From assembly GCA_951406725.2 (NCBI GenBank), contig OX597830.1, positions 66,588,001-66,652,000 of the forward strand: 64,000 nucleotides of DNA. Direction: 5' to 3'. The number at the start of each line of letters is the position of its first letter. Position 1 is the first letter of the stretch. Positions 41,362 to 54,245 of the stretch are shown here, piece after piece. A program made the translations under genes and the position numbers. The notes beneath the pieces are model-generated. The model was not told the origin of the DNA. It saw nothing but the letters and a program-made list of their open reading frames with translations, and did no database searches. The DNA is from Octopus vulgaris. Lineage: Eukaryota.

Positions 41362-42207
41362 TGTGTTTGTCCCCCTAGCATTTCTTGACAACCGATGCTG
41401 GTGTGTTTGTGTCCCCGTAACTTAGTGGTTCGGCAAAGGAGACTGATAGAATAAGTACTGGGCTTACAAAGAATAAGTCCCGGGGTCGATTTACTCGACT
41501 AAAGGCGATGCTCCAGCATGGCCGCAGTCAAATGACTGAAACAAGTAAAAGTGTAAGTGTATATACACACACGGTGCAGTGAATTAATAGTCATCTAAAT
41601 AGGTGTAGGAGTGGCTGTGTGGTAAGTAGCTTGCTTACCAACCACATGGTTCCGGGTTCAGTCCCACTGCATGGCACCTTGGGCAAGTGTCTTCTACTAT
41701 AATCTCGGGCCGACCAAAGCCTTGTGAGTGGATTTAGTAGATGGAAGCTGAGACAAGTATATATATATATATGTGTGTCTGTGTTTGTTCCCCCAACATC
41801 ACTTGACAAGTGATGGTAAAACTGAACCTCGGTAAAAGAGACCTATAGAATAAGTACTTGGCTTACAAAGAATAAGTCTTGGGGTGGATTTGCTCAACTA
41901 AAGGCGGTACTCCAGCATGGCCACAGTCAAATGACTGAAACAAGTAAAAGAATAAAAGAGTAAATTACACAAAAATGAAAATAATACTCACATCTCATTT
42001 TAACAGATATATTTACCAAAATTACATAAAAATATCTCAAAATACTAAAGAGTAAATTCATTCAATAAAATTGCCATTGGCTTCAACCACATGGTTCTGG
42101 GTTCAGTCCCACTGCGTGGCACCTTGGGCAAGTTTCTTCTACTATAGCCTCAGGCTGACCAAAGCCTTGTGAGTGGATTTGGTAGATGGAAACTGAAAGA
42201 AGCCTGT

Positions 42208-42254
<47 letters not shown>

Positions 42255-42285
42255 TTATATGTTTGTATGTCTGTGTTTGTCACCT
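41143..42285 (+). mobile_element. Three co-oriented SINE A copies (41143-41556, 41602-41963, 42085-42285 partial)
   Basis: Repeated A head, body and tail. Confidence 0.85.
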
Positions 42286-42301
42286 TCTTAATCACCTGCA
42301 A

Positions 42302-42480
42302 CTCTTCTGGATGGTCTCCTTGTTTAAGTTGGTGAATCTGCCATAATCCTTGCTTTCAGTTCATCTTTGGTGTTACATGTTTTGTTGGTCTGTTGCTCAA
42401 CTGCAGCCGACACATAATAAAAGGGTTTGCAGTCTGGGGAGTTAGGTGGCCAGATGTTAGGGGTTATCTGGTCGCAGATC
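42302..42480 (-). pseudogene. Tc1/mariner-superfamily transposase fragment
   Basis: Minus strand reads ITPNIWPPNSPDCKPFYYVSAAVEQQTNKTCNTKDELKARIMA, matching the WP.NSPD.NP motif. Confidence 0.75.
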
Positions 42481-43444
42481 ACCCCTGCGCATCTTTGGCA
42501 CATACATGATCGCCCCCAGCGGGAGCTATTTGTTGCTCATCATGCACTTGTGTGTGTGTCATTGCAAGTCCTTAGCTTATGAGCAAACTGTGCTGCGTTC
42601 TTGACATATCATTATGCTGTTAATGGCGCAATCCAAGTTAGCTCTTTGTCCAATGGCACTTGTGACTTTTGACTCCACTCTCTCACATTCATTGCATGTC
42701 ATCTTATTCTGGTCACCCACATTTCCTAACAAAGGATTCATTTATAAATATGTATTGATTTTTTGTATGTCTGATTATCTGTCTGTCTGTTAATAGACAC
42801 ATGCATACTCATACACACACACACACACACATAAATGTTTATATGTAGATGCATTAATGTGTATGTACAATTAAATATATGTGCACTACAACTAATTGAT
42901 TATTAGCTAAATGGCTTAATTAAGTTGTCATGCCAACATACCATTTTGTTTTAATACTTAATTGATAATTAGCTAAACAATTTTCCACTTTTTTTTTTTC
43001 ATTTTATTTATCTTATATTAGTGTATTGTCACAGGTGTTAAACCTACAAATTATAAAGGTGTGGACCTAAAGCTTGTTTTGTTTCATACACTGATTTAAT
43101 ATCTGTTTTATGATTCTTAAAGAAATAAGAATCATATTCCTAGCTTGCAATTATGTATGTTATCACATGCCAAAAGTGGTCAGGTGTTATAGTATTTGTT
43201 TTGTGTGCCTATGCTCAGAGTTCAGAATTTTGCTGAAGTCACATTTTGGTTACTAAAATGAAACAGAAGTGGAAATGTGTGGCCTTGTGGTTTGGGTGCT
43301 AGATTTATTATCATAAGATTATGGTTTCAATTAATCAGATAACTAATCAATCAATCAATCAATCAATCGTTTATCAAAGTCCTTGAACAGTGACCAAAAA
43401 TATTTGACAAACAATTGAATTATTTGGTCACTGATTAAACAAGT

Positions 43445-43792
43445 GAAGGCGCATGGCTCAGTGGTTAGAGTGTCGAGCTTACAATCATGAGATTGTGAGC
43501 TCGAATCCCGGACTGGGCTGTGTGTTGTGTTCTTGAGCAAGGCACTTTATTTCATGTTGCTCCAGTTCACTCAGCTGTAGAAATGAGTTGCGACGTCACT
43601 GGTGCCAAGCTGTATTGGCCTTTGCCTTTATAATACTGGTGCCCTTGGATAATACTGGTGGCGTGGAGAGGGGAGGCCGGTATGCACGGGCGACTGCTGG
43701 TCTTCCATAACCAACCTTGCCCGGACTTGTGCCTGGGTGGGTAACTTTCTAGGTGCAATCCCATGGTTTGTGTCGTGACCGAATGGGGTCTC
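43445..43792 (+). mobile_element. SINE family C2, well preserved
   Basis: GAAGGCGCATGGCTCAGTGGTTAGAG A box, TCGAATCCC B box, GTGTTCTTGAGCAAGGCACTTT domain resembling V/Meta-type SINE cores. Confidence 0.85.
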
Positions 43793-44140
43793 AGATTAAA
43801 CAAGTGATTAGTTAGCTGGTTAACTAGTTAACAAAGAAGTGAAATTGAGCCAGTGTGTGTGTTTATTGTTGGCATAATGACCTTCTAAAGATACAACAAA
43901 ATGTGTTTCAACACACAAGTTCACATCAAGAATATTGCAAATCATATATAATAAAGGAATCATTATTAATCACTTGAATAACCTTCTTTTGGATCCAGTC
44001 TCAGATGTTTCCATGTTTAGCAGTAAACAGCATTGTCCACAGACATGTGAGCAGCACTACAGTATGAGTCATACACTCCGATAAGTGTTATAGTCCCATA
44101 TGATTTGTACTTCAATATATCACACTTAAAGCGTCTAGTG

Positions 44141-44480
44141 TGAAGGTGCTTGGCTCAGTCATTAGAGCATCAAACTTACAATTGTGAGGTAATGTGTTCA
44201 ATTCCTAGACTAGGCTGTGTGTAGTGTTCTTGAGCAAGACACTTTATTTCACATTGCTGCTGTTCACTCAGCTGTAGAAATGGGTCACAATGTCACTGGT
44301 GCCAAGCTGGATTGGTCATTGCCCCCTCTCTTGAACAACATTAGTGGCACGGAGAGGGCAGACTGGTATGCATGGGTGACTGCTGGTCTTCCACAAACAA
44401 CCTTGCCTGCACTTGGGCCTCAGACAGGAACTTTCTAGGTGCAATCCTATTGTCATTTGCGACTGCAAGAGTCTTTACCA
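44141..44480 (+). mobile_element. SINE family C2
   Basis: Collinear with the 43445 copy. Confidence 0.8.
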
Positions 44481-44763
44481 AAGCTTCAAGAAGACCAAAA
44501 ATTGATCATTTAGCCTTCCTACTTTGTACCAATTTTCAAAAATTTTTTCATCCATTTAATATAATTTTCCACAATATCATTCTTAGCTAAACCCTATAAA
44601 TCCTTTTGCTAATAATTGTTAGCATTTCAACAACTACATTCTTATGGCAAGATATCAACAATATTTGTAATTTGGATGAGCTCTATGGATTCTTTATGAA
44701 ATTATAATTGCTAGCAATTATATCTGTCAATTGTTGGAGAATTATTGACAGTTGAATAATAAT

Positions 44764-44799
<36 letters not shown>

Positions 44800-44813
44800 G
44801 TGCATGTGTGTGT

Positions 44814-44880
<67 letters not shown>

Positions 44881-45843
44881 TGCAGATTTCTTTTATTGTA
44901 TATATAACATCTAAATATATCTATATATATGTATATGCATGCATGTGTGTGTGTGTGTGCGTGTATATATACATGCAGATTTCTTTTATTGTATATATAA
45001 CATCTAAATATATCTATATATATGTATATACATGTATGTGTGTGTGTATACATGCATGTGTGTGTGTGTATAAATATATATGCATATATATATATTTTAA
45101 TGTTGAGCTCCAGCATGGCTGCAGTCTAATGATTGAAATAAGTAAAAGATAAAAATATAAAAGGTGTGTGTATCTGTGTGTGTGACTTATACAATAAAAT
45201 TTATTCTTTTCCATATCAGACATGCACCTAACATTTGAATAAATCACAAAATGAGCAATAGGTAATTTCTTTTTCCTTCTACATCTCAATTATATAGATG
45301 CCAAGACTTAAAGATATGCTGGCCGTGAATTGGAATCTTCTGATTGCATCCTACATAAAGCACCATAATTTACAGCCTAGTTTTAACACCACACAATAAT
45401 TACAGAGTAGGTTAAAAACATTAGCTTTATTTAATTGTTTATAATTGTTACTTTAATTTGTCTGTCGGTGAATAGCCGTGGTGGTAAATCCAATATTTAC
45501 CAACAGCTACAATAACGTATGTGAAAGCGCGTGGCCAGGTGGTTGGGCTGCTGTAGTGATGATCGCAAGGACATGGTTTCGTTTCCCAGGCTGGCTGCAC
45601 ATTGTGTTCTTCAGCAAAACATTTAATTTCATATTGCTTCTGTGAGCTGTAAATGGGTAACCCTGCAATGGATTGATGTCGGATTCAGGGACAAATGTTG
45701 GCATACCCGTCTGCCCTTCTAGCCAACAATAAAGCAGAATCATACAAAAGCTTCAACAATGGGAGAAAGTGCATTGCAATCTACAGTGTATAACAAAACT
45801 CAATAGTCTCATCACTACAGCAATACAATATAATATATGTTTA

Positions 45844-45897
45844 TCAGACTGTGTTGTGTTTCATATACAGTAGTATACGAAACACAGCACAGTCTGA
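45844..45897. repeat. 54-bp near-perfect palindrome
   Basis: TCAGACTGTGTTGTGTTTCATATAC-AGTA-GTATACGAAACACAGCACAGTCTGA; the 25-bp arms differ at 2 positions. Confidence 0.9.
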
Positions 45898-46329
45898 ATA
45901 TATATTGAATAAAAACCGCTATAGTAGATGTTCAAATAGTCTTTCCTGGTAGCATTTGTCATCATTTCTTTAATTAAATACAAATGATAAACAACTGGTC
46001 AATAAAGAATACATTATTTTTTTATCTGCTGCAATAAATTATTAGTCAGTCATATGGCCGCATTTAGTTATAAATGTCGCATTCTTCTAGTTTATAACCA
46101 ATATCTTTATGGCAAAATTTGAAGACATGTCTGTCATTGGAGCTTCTGATGGAATGGAATGCCTTACTGTATCTTATTTCTTTATCACCCACAAGGGGCT
46201 AAACACAAGAGGGGACAAACTAGGACAGACAAAGGGATTAAGTCGATTACATCGACCCCAGTGTGTAACTGGTACTTAATTTATCAACCCCCAAAAGGAT
46301 GAAAGGGGTATCTGTTCTGGTTCTGTTCT

Positions 46330-46946
46330 CTGTACTGGCACTTGGTTATAATGGTAAGGGTTCTAGTTGAGCTATCAATGGAACAACCTACTCATGAAAT
46401 TAATGTGCAAGTGACTGAGAACTCCATCAACATGCATACCCTTAATGTAGTTCTCAGGGAGATTCAGCGTGACACAGAATGTGACAAAGCTGGCACATTG
46501 AAATATAGGTGCTAATATTTTTTGCCAGCTGAGTGAACTGGAGCAACGTGAAATAAAGTGTCTTGCTCAAGGACACAATGCATCAATGCATCACTGGGAA
46601 TTGAACCCATGACCTTGCGATCGTGAGCTGAGTACCCTAATCCCTAAGCCATGCACCTTCACTCTATTCTCTGTACACTGAGTTCAGATATGAGTGATGG
46701 TTAGTCCACATTCTGCAAGGAGCACACGGTTGGTTTCCAGGTTTCTCTAGCATATATGTATTCCTCGATGGACAGAACACTGGTCAGTCACATGATTACT
46801 CATTGTTACCAGATGTATTTTACTCTAGAACACAACACATCACCATGTACAGGGATTGAAACCACAATCTTATGATCATGAGTCCAATTTGTAGCAATAA
46901 CAAATCAAGATTTTTATGCCTTATTATCATTCTTCTTCTTCTTCTT

Positions 46947-46990
<44 letters not shown>

Positions 46991-47378
46991 CATCATCATG
47001 ATTATTATTATTATCATTATTATTATTATCATTATTATTGATGATAATACAAGTGAGGCCATGTGGCTTAGTGTTTAGAGTATTTGACTCTCAAGTCATA
47101 AGGCCATAAGTTCGATTCCCTGTGGCACATTGTGTTCTTGAGCAAGACACTTCATTTCATGCTGCTCCAGTTCACTCAGCTGGCAAAAACGAGTAGTACC
47201 CATATTTCAAAGAGCCAGCAATTGTCACACTCTGCATCTCGCCGAATCTCCCTCAGAACTAACGTTAAGAGTATGCGTGTCCGTGGAACGCTCAGCCACT
47301 TGCATGTTAATTTCACAAGCAAGTTGTTCCGTTAATCAAATCAACCGGAACGCCCATTGTCATAACCAACAGAGTGCG
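46330..47378. mobile_element. Two divergent C2-head / C-tail SINEs (46330-46662 minus, 47054-47378 plus)
   Basis: GTGTTCTTGAGCAAGACACTT domain joined to the CTCAGCCACTT..TTAATTTCAC tail of family C. Confidence 0.7.
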
Positions 47379-47897
47379 AGCGAAAAAATAATACAAATCA
47401 TATTTGCAAAGACTTTGCAAAATAATTAATAAATGAATTAGATACTCTTGACTGAGAATTGAACTTTTACCATTCCTATGATTTTTCAGGAGCTTCTTAT
47501 TTATGCTCTGGTACTCACCACAGAAATAACACTTATGTATTTATGTATTTATGTATTTCTTTCAAACACTGCTAGTGTGATATAGCTGTTGTTGTCCTGT
47601 TTTTTTTTTGTTTTGTTATTTTTTTCTTTTCTTTTACATGATTGAGGATAAAGATACGATTCGGGTTACATAGGGATTTCTATTAGGTTTATTATCTCAA
47701 AGTTGACCTTTGCATGTGGCATTTTTTTAAATACTGATCTCTTAATATGAAGGAAGAGGGGGGAAAAAAAATAAAACAACAAAACAACGGAACTTTTTCT
47801 CTTTTGTGGCAAAGGTTTTTGCTTATCAATGAGAATCAACCCTTTTGGCCTTTTCCCAGAAAATTCCATTCCTATTCCAAAAAAAAAAAAAAAAAAA

Positions 47898-48245
<348 letters not shown>

Positions 48246-48514
48246 AAAAAATAAAAAATAAAAAAAAAGTGTGATTAGGAAATCTAAAACGATATTGAAT
48301 AAAATGCCCTGCCCTTAGAGTCAATGCAAAAAAGCTGGTCTTGAACTTACTAAGTTGTTTCAATGCTATTTATCCATTCAGATATAACACTTCTGTAGTT
48401 GTTCAACTGATAACCTTTCTTTCTATTTCATATTCTATGCATTATTTATGGATATTACACGTCCGCGTTTCAATGTGTGGCATTTGTGTATTGTTTGTCG
48501 TTGGTTTATGTTGC

Positions 48515-48550
<36 letters not shown>

Positions 48551-49096
48551 CATATGACCAGCTTTCGTTTATCTTTTCTTCTTTTACTTGCTTCAGTCAT
48601 TTGACTGTGGCCATGCTGGGGCACCACCTTAAAGACTTTTTAGTTGAATAAATCGACCCCCAGTACTTTTTCATTTTTTTTTTTAAAGCCTGGTGCTTAT
48701 TCTGTTGGTCTCTTTTGCCAAACTGCTAAGTTACAGGGATGTAAACATACCTACAGAATGAGCTTAGAAAATAATGCGTGCTTTGTAGAGCCTTTTAGAG
48801 AGTAGCAGAGGAAATAGTGGGAGTTAAGCTAAAAGAACTGGGATGGAGATACTTATACTTAGAAGACTTTATGTAGCATAAAAAATATACAAAAAGTACA
48901 AGTCTAAATTGCCAAGAGCAGATATCTTCACTTAGATGGGTTGCAGTGTCTGCACACACAGCAGGAGTATTAGGTGCAAACAAACACCCTACACAAAGTC
49001 TTGATATTCAATATCCAAGTAATATTGTTGAAGTGTGCTAACTACACCAAAGTTGCAAGGCACCTCAGTTTAAGCACCTAATTCAACTGAATCTTA

Positions 49097-49141
<45 letters not shown>

Positions 49142-49147
49142 GTATAA

Positions 49148-49548
49148 GGCGCAGGAGTGGCTGTGTGGTAAGTAGCTTGTTTACCAACCACATGGTTCCG
49201 GGTTCAGTCCTACTGCGTGGCATCTTGGGCAAGTGTCTTCTACTATAGCCTCGGGCCGACCAAAGCCTTGTGAGTGGATTTGGTAGACGGAAACTGAAAG
49301 AAGCCCGTCGTATATATGTATATATATATATATGCGTGTGTGTGTTTGTGTGTCTGTGTTTGTCCCCCTAGCATTGCTTGACAACCGATGCTGGTGTGTT
49401 TATGTCCCCGTTACTTAGCGGTTCAGCAAAAAGAGACCGATAGAATAAGTACTGGGCTTACAAAAAGAATAAGTCCCGGGGTCAAGTTGCTCGATTAAAG
49501 GCAGTGCTCCAGCATGGCCGCAATCAAATGACTGAAACAAGTAAAAGA

Positions 49549-49550
<2 letters not shown>
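49148..49550 (+). mobile_element. SINE family A, full length
   Basis: Matches the A consensus. Confidence 0.9.
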
Positions 49551-49601
<51 letters not shown>

Positions 49602-49808
49602 ATAAATTAGAGATAAAACCTCTATTATGCAACTCAAACAGTGATAGACATAAACCAATACATCAATATCAAATAATAAATTTTTTTATAAAACATATAA
49701 CTTATAACTAGATCTCAAAAGTATAAAATGAATGATAAGTATATAATATAATAAGTAAAAACACTACCTACGCTTCATGGCTACAATTAAATTCGAATTA
49801 CAATTATA

Positions 49809-52514
49809 TGATTGATTGATTGATTGATTGATTCTAGTTTCAGCTTATGAGCTGTGGCCATGCTGGGGCACCGCCATTTGGTGTTGCTACTTGGTTTCAC
49901 TTCATGGAGGCTTTCTAGCAACTGCTATTTGGTGCATGAGAGAGTTCGATGCAGCTGCCCTCATCTGCCCCTCCTGCCGTGAAGTTGGTTCATCTGGGAC
50001 ACCTGACAGGAAGAGATCCAGCTTCATTTTAAAGACATCTGTATCCACCCCATGCAGGTCTCTCAGGTTCTTCAGGAGGATATTGAAGAGCTGTGGGCCT
50101 CGGAAGCCCAGGCTATCACAGAATCTTGTCCTACATCTTGATGGCAGGTTTGGAGTCCTAGGCACCACGCAGTGGCGCCCAGTTCTGGCATTTGCGTAAC
50201 TCTCGATGCCAAAGTTCAGGACACTTCCCTCCAGGATCTTCCAGATGTATATTATGGCATATCTTTCTCGCCTATGCTCTAAAGAATAGAGTCTCAATCT
50301 CTTGAGTCTTTCCCAATAGCTTATATGCTGCACAGAGGCTATCTTCTTCGTGTAGCTTCATTGGATCGCCTCAAGTTCTGTGATTAACTTGACACTGGAT
50401 GGTGACCATAGCTGAGAGCAATAGTCAAAGTGGCTTAGGACAAGTGTCTTCCAGAGGACCATCATAGTTTCTTGTTCTCTTGTTCTAAAGGTTCTAAGAA
50501 TCCATCCAGCCAGCCGTCTACATTTCATTGTCAGTTTAGCAACATGTACATGAAAGGTCGCGTCATCACTCATGTGAATACCCAGGTCACGCACTGATTG
50601 TGCCTCTGGGATTGCAATCCCTCCGGGTCCAGTGTATTCATTGGGTATTGCATTCAGTTTTGCATGCTGATAGTATAAAGCTTGAAACTTTCCAGCATTG
50701 AACTGCATGCTATTCTTTTCAGCCCACTTGTATATTTCGTCCAGCTCATATTGCAGGTGTTTAGTGTCCTCAGGGTTCTGTGTTGCCTGTGAAACTTTTG
50801 TATCATCTGCATAACTTGTGATCGTGGCTCTCTGCGTGGCTGAGGGCATGTCTGAGAGGGCCATTATGAACAGTAGTGGTCCCAGAACAGTGCCCTGCGG
50901 AACACCGCTCACTATTTGTGTGTTAATGGAGGTGGCCCCATTGGCTACTACCACCTGACTTCTATCCTTCAGAAAGTCATGAAGCCATTCTCCCAGTTTT
51001 CCAACTATGTTGAGATCACGCAGTTTGTGACATATCATTCCATGATCGACTTTATCAAAGGCCTTTGCAAAGTCGAGATATATCACTTCCACATTTGAGT
51101 GGTTGAGCAGCCGTTTCAGCACCCAGTCATAGTGTTGTAGGAGCTGAGTTAAACAGCTTCTCCCTGGTCGGAAACCATGTTGGGTGTCGGGCAGCAAGTC
51201 ATTCTCTTCAAGGAAGGTGATCAGCTTCCTTCTGACTATTCGTTCCATGACCTTGCTGATGTGTGAGGTCAGAGAGATAGGTCTATAGTTCTTGGCTTCC
51301 GCTCTGCTACCTCCTTTATGAATGGGGCATATTTTACCTTCCTTCAGTTTTCCTGGAAGTTTGCCAGCTGCAAGGAAGCTCTGAAAGAGGAACTGCAGTG
51401 GTCTTGCTAGGACTCTCTTACATGCTTTTAGGAGGATTACCGGGAATCCATCGGGGCCAGTAGCTGAGTCTGTTTTCATTTCATCTATAGCCTTGGTTAC
51501 ATCGTCTTCCTTTATATCGATGTAATCTATCGTCACCGCCTCTGATTTTATATCTGCAGTGGTAAAAAAGTCAGTTGGATTGGTGATTTGGAGATGCCCA
51601 AGGGGTGGAGTGAAAACACTCTTGAATTGCTCATTCAGTATTTCACTTACCCTCATTGGTTTTCCTGTAAGTGTGCCATCCTTTTCGAGGAGTGGCCCTA
51701 TTCTACAGTGCACTGTAGCTGTTTCTTTGGCATACCTGTAGAAAGCTCTGGGGTTAGATTTTATGTTTTCTATAGCCCAGGCTTCTTTGTCTGCTCTTTC
51801 TTTTTCATGGGAGAGTTGCAGACATTTTTCGATTTCCAACAGTTTTATTTTTAGGCGGGACTTTTCACTGCTTTCAATCTGTTTGTTTAGGCGATTTGAA
51901 AATTTCGTACGCCGTCTCATTAAAATTTTCCTCTCTCTGGGGATTTTGTTCTTGTGTACAGTGGCCTTTCTCTCTGGGACACATTTGTAGCATATGGCTT
52001 GCATTACAGACATGAATTGTTGAAGTTTCACGTCGATGTCTGGCGAGGAGAGACATTTAGGCCAGTTTTGTTTGAGGATCTCTTTCTCAATTTGTTTCCA
52101 GTTTGCCTTATGGTAGTTCAAGCTGGAAAGATTTTGAGGGTTTCTTGTAGGCTGCATGTCCGTGCTCTCTTTTGGCCCGTACATGGTCAGCTCTATCATG
52201 TTGTGATCCGAGAGTAGTGTCGGTGTCACTTTCACATTATGGATGAGATCCATGTCATTTGTGAAGCAGAGATCCAGTGTGTTACCTGCCCTGGTTGGTT
52301 CGAGTATTACCTGCTCCATGTACAGGGTGTTGATGAGGTTCAGGAGGGACCTCGCCTGTCCTCGTTCACATCTTGTCATTCCTGGGAGAGAAAGGCCCTC
52401 GGGCCATCTGACATTGGGCAGATTGAAGTCTCCCATAAGAAGCACACCTATGTGTTGTTCTAATGTGGTTAGAATTTCTTCTATTTTTATAAGGCAGTCT
52501 TCAAACTTGCCCAT
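49809..52514 (-). mobile_element. CR1-like LINE, 5'-truncated (partial APE endonuclease plus reverse transcriptase)
   Basis: APE motifs GDFNLP, TLDL, SDH; RT motifs NYRPISLT, QHGFR, DFAKAFDKV, GVPQGTVLGPLLF, YADD. Short 3' UTR and (CAAT)n tail. Confidence 0.95.
49902..52514 (-). pseudogene. LINE ORF2 interrupted by a single in-frame TGA (50358-50360)
   Basis: ORFs 50358-52514 and 49902-50333 are in the same frame: LEAIQ*SYTKKIASVQHISYWERL. Confidence 0.9.
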
Positions 52515-52813
52515 ATATGATATATTTATTATATATTTATCATTTGTTTTATACTTTTTGAGATCTAGTTATAAGTTATATGTTTTATAAAAATATGTAT
52601 TATTTGTTATTTATGTATTGGTTTATGTCTATCACTGTTTGAGTTGCATAATAGTGGTTTTATCTCTAATTTATATTCTATATATTTATACTGTGAAATT
52701 TGATTTAATACTAAATTGAATTTTTCCCTGTAAGTTTGGAGTTATACTCCCTAATATTATTATTATTATATTATATTATATTATATTATTATTATTATAT
52801 ATATATATATATA

Positions 52814-52990
52814 TGAATAAACAGTAAATAAGTAACAAGGGTGTCCAGGTATCAGTGCATTACGGCCATTTAATCAATCAATGCAAACATTACATGAAAT
52901 GTTTGCATTGACCAATTAAATGGTGCTGCTTGAAACGACCGTAATGCGCCGATACCTGGACATCCTTGTTAATTATTTGCTTTTTATTCA
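52814..52990. repeat. About 177-bp palindrome (fold-back)
   Basis: TGAATAAACAGTAAATAAGTAACAAGGGTGTCCAGGTATC..TTACGG is mirrored by CCGTAA..GATACCTGGACATCCTTGTT..TTATTCA; inner arms TCAATGCAAACATT / AATGTTTGCATTGA. Confidence 0.9.
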
Positions 52991-53085
52991 CCGAACATTG
53001 AAGTGTGTGGACAATACTGAATAGAATGGGCGCCTCAACGTAAGTACTTAATTCAAATGAATCTTACTTATTTCTATATATACGA

Positions 53086-53168
<83 letters not shown>

Positions 53169-53228
53169 CATACATACATATATATGTATGTATACATATA
53201 TATGAATGTGTGTGTGTGTGTGCATATG

Positions 53229-53275
<47 letters not shown>

Positions 53276-53757
53276 TTAAGTCTGGTACTACTTCTATTGG
53301 TCTCTTTTATCAAACGTCTAAGTCATGGGGTTGTAAACAAACCAACACTATTTGCCAGGTGGTGGTAGAGGACAAACACAAACACACTTCAGCCTTGTAA
53401 CCACACATGTGCTTTCCTTGGACTGTTCTGTTCCTCCTCTCTGGACCTTTCCTCTTTCCTTCAAAGTTCCATGCTTGAATGGTCTTTTTGCCATATTAAA
53501 CTGAGGGTCAACCTAATACAATCACTGTGTATAAGGGTTCCTTATACATGTTAAAATATGGTATATCATCATCATGATCATGATCATCATCATCGTTTGA
53601 TGTCCACCTTCCATGCTGGTATGGGTTGGACAGTTTGGAAGGAGCTGGCCAGGTATGAGACTACACCAGACTTCTGTGTCTGTTTTGGCATGATCTTTAC
53701 AGCTGGATGCCCTCCCTAGTATCAACCATCTAGCAGGGTGGACGGTATATGCGGTAT

Positions 53758-54245
53758 ATGCGGCGAGCTGGCAGAAACGTTAGCACGCCGGGCGAAATGC
53801 TTAGCGGTATTTCGCCTGCCGCTACGTTCTGACTTTGCCTTTCATCCTTTCGGGGTCGATTAAATAAGTACCAGTTACGCACTGGGGTCGATGTAATCGA
53901 CTTAATACCTATGTCTGTCCTTGTTTGTCCCCTCTATGTTTAGCCCCTTGTGGGTAGTAAAGAAATAGGTATATGTATACATACACACATGCACATATAT
54001 ATGCATATTTATGTGGGTGCGTGTGTGTGAAAGCGGTGAGCTGGCAGAAACGTTAGCACACCAGGCAAAATACTTAGCGGTATTTCATCTGTCTTTATGT
54101 TCTGAGTTCAAATTCCGCCGAGGTTGACTTTGCCTTTCATCCCTTCGGTGTCGATAAATTAAGTACCGGTTGGATACTGGGGTTGATCTAATCAACTGGC
54201 TCCACCTCCTCAAAAATGTTCAGCTTTATGCCTAGAGTAGAAAAG
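53758..54245 (+). mobile_element. Two SINE B copies (53758-53970 tail 1; 54031-54245 tail 2)
   Basis: GCGG(C/T)GAGCTGGCAGAAACGTTAGCAC heads with shared core. Confidence 0.85.

Larger units (their letters stand above)
49598..52678. repeat. Inverted repeat pair of about 150 bp (49598-49752 and 52525-52678) flanking the LINE
   Basis: GAATATAAATTAGAGATAAAACC..ATAACTAGATCTCAAAAGTATAAAA is mirrored by TTTTATACTTTTTGAGATCTAGTTAT..GGTTTTATCTCTAATTTATATTC. Confidence 0.9.

Noticed and set aside
43445-43520. tRNA gene
   Set aside because: A and B boxes are present but run into a SINE body found in several copies; it is a tRNA-derived SINE head.
45468-45510. Possible pre-miRNA hairpin TGGTAAAT/ATTTACCA
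   Set aside because: Stem is too short and bulged to distinguish from chance.
50358-52514. Intact host or domesticated 718-aa gene
   Set aside because: Begins mid-endonuclease at a probably fortuitous ATG, ends at a premature stop, and has a LINE tail.
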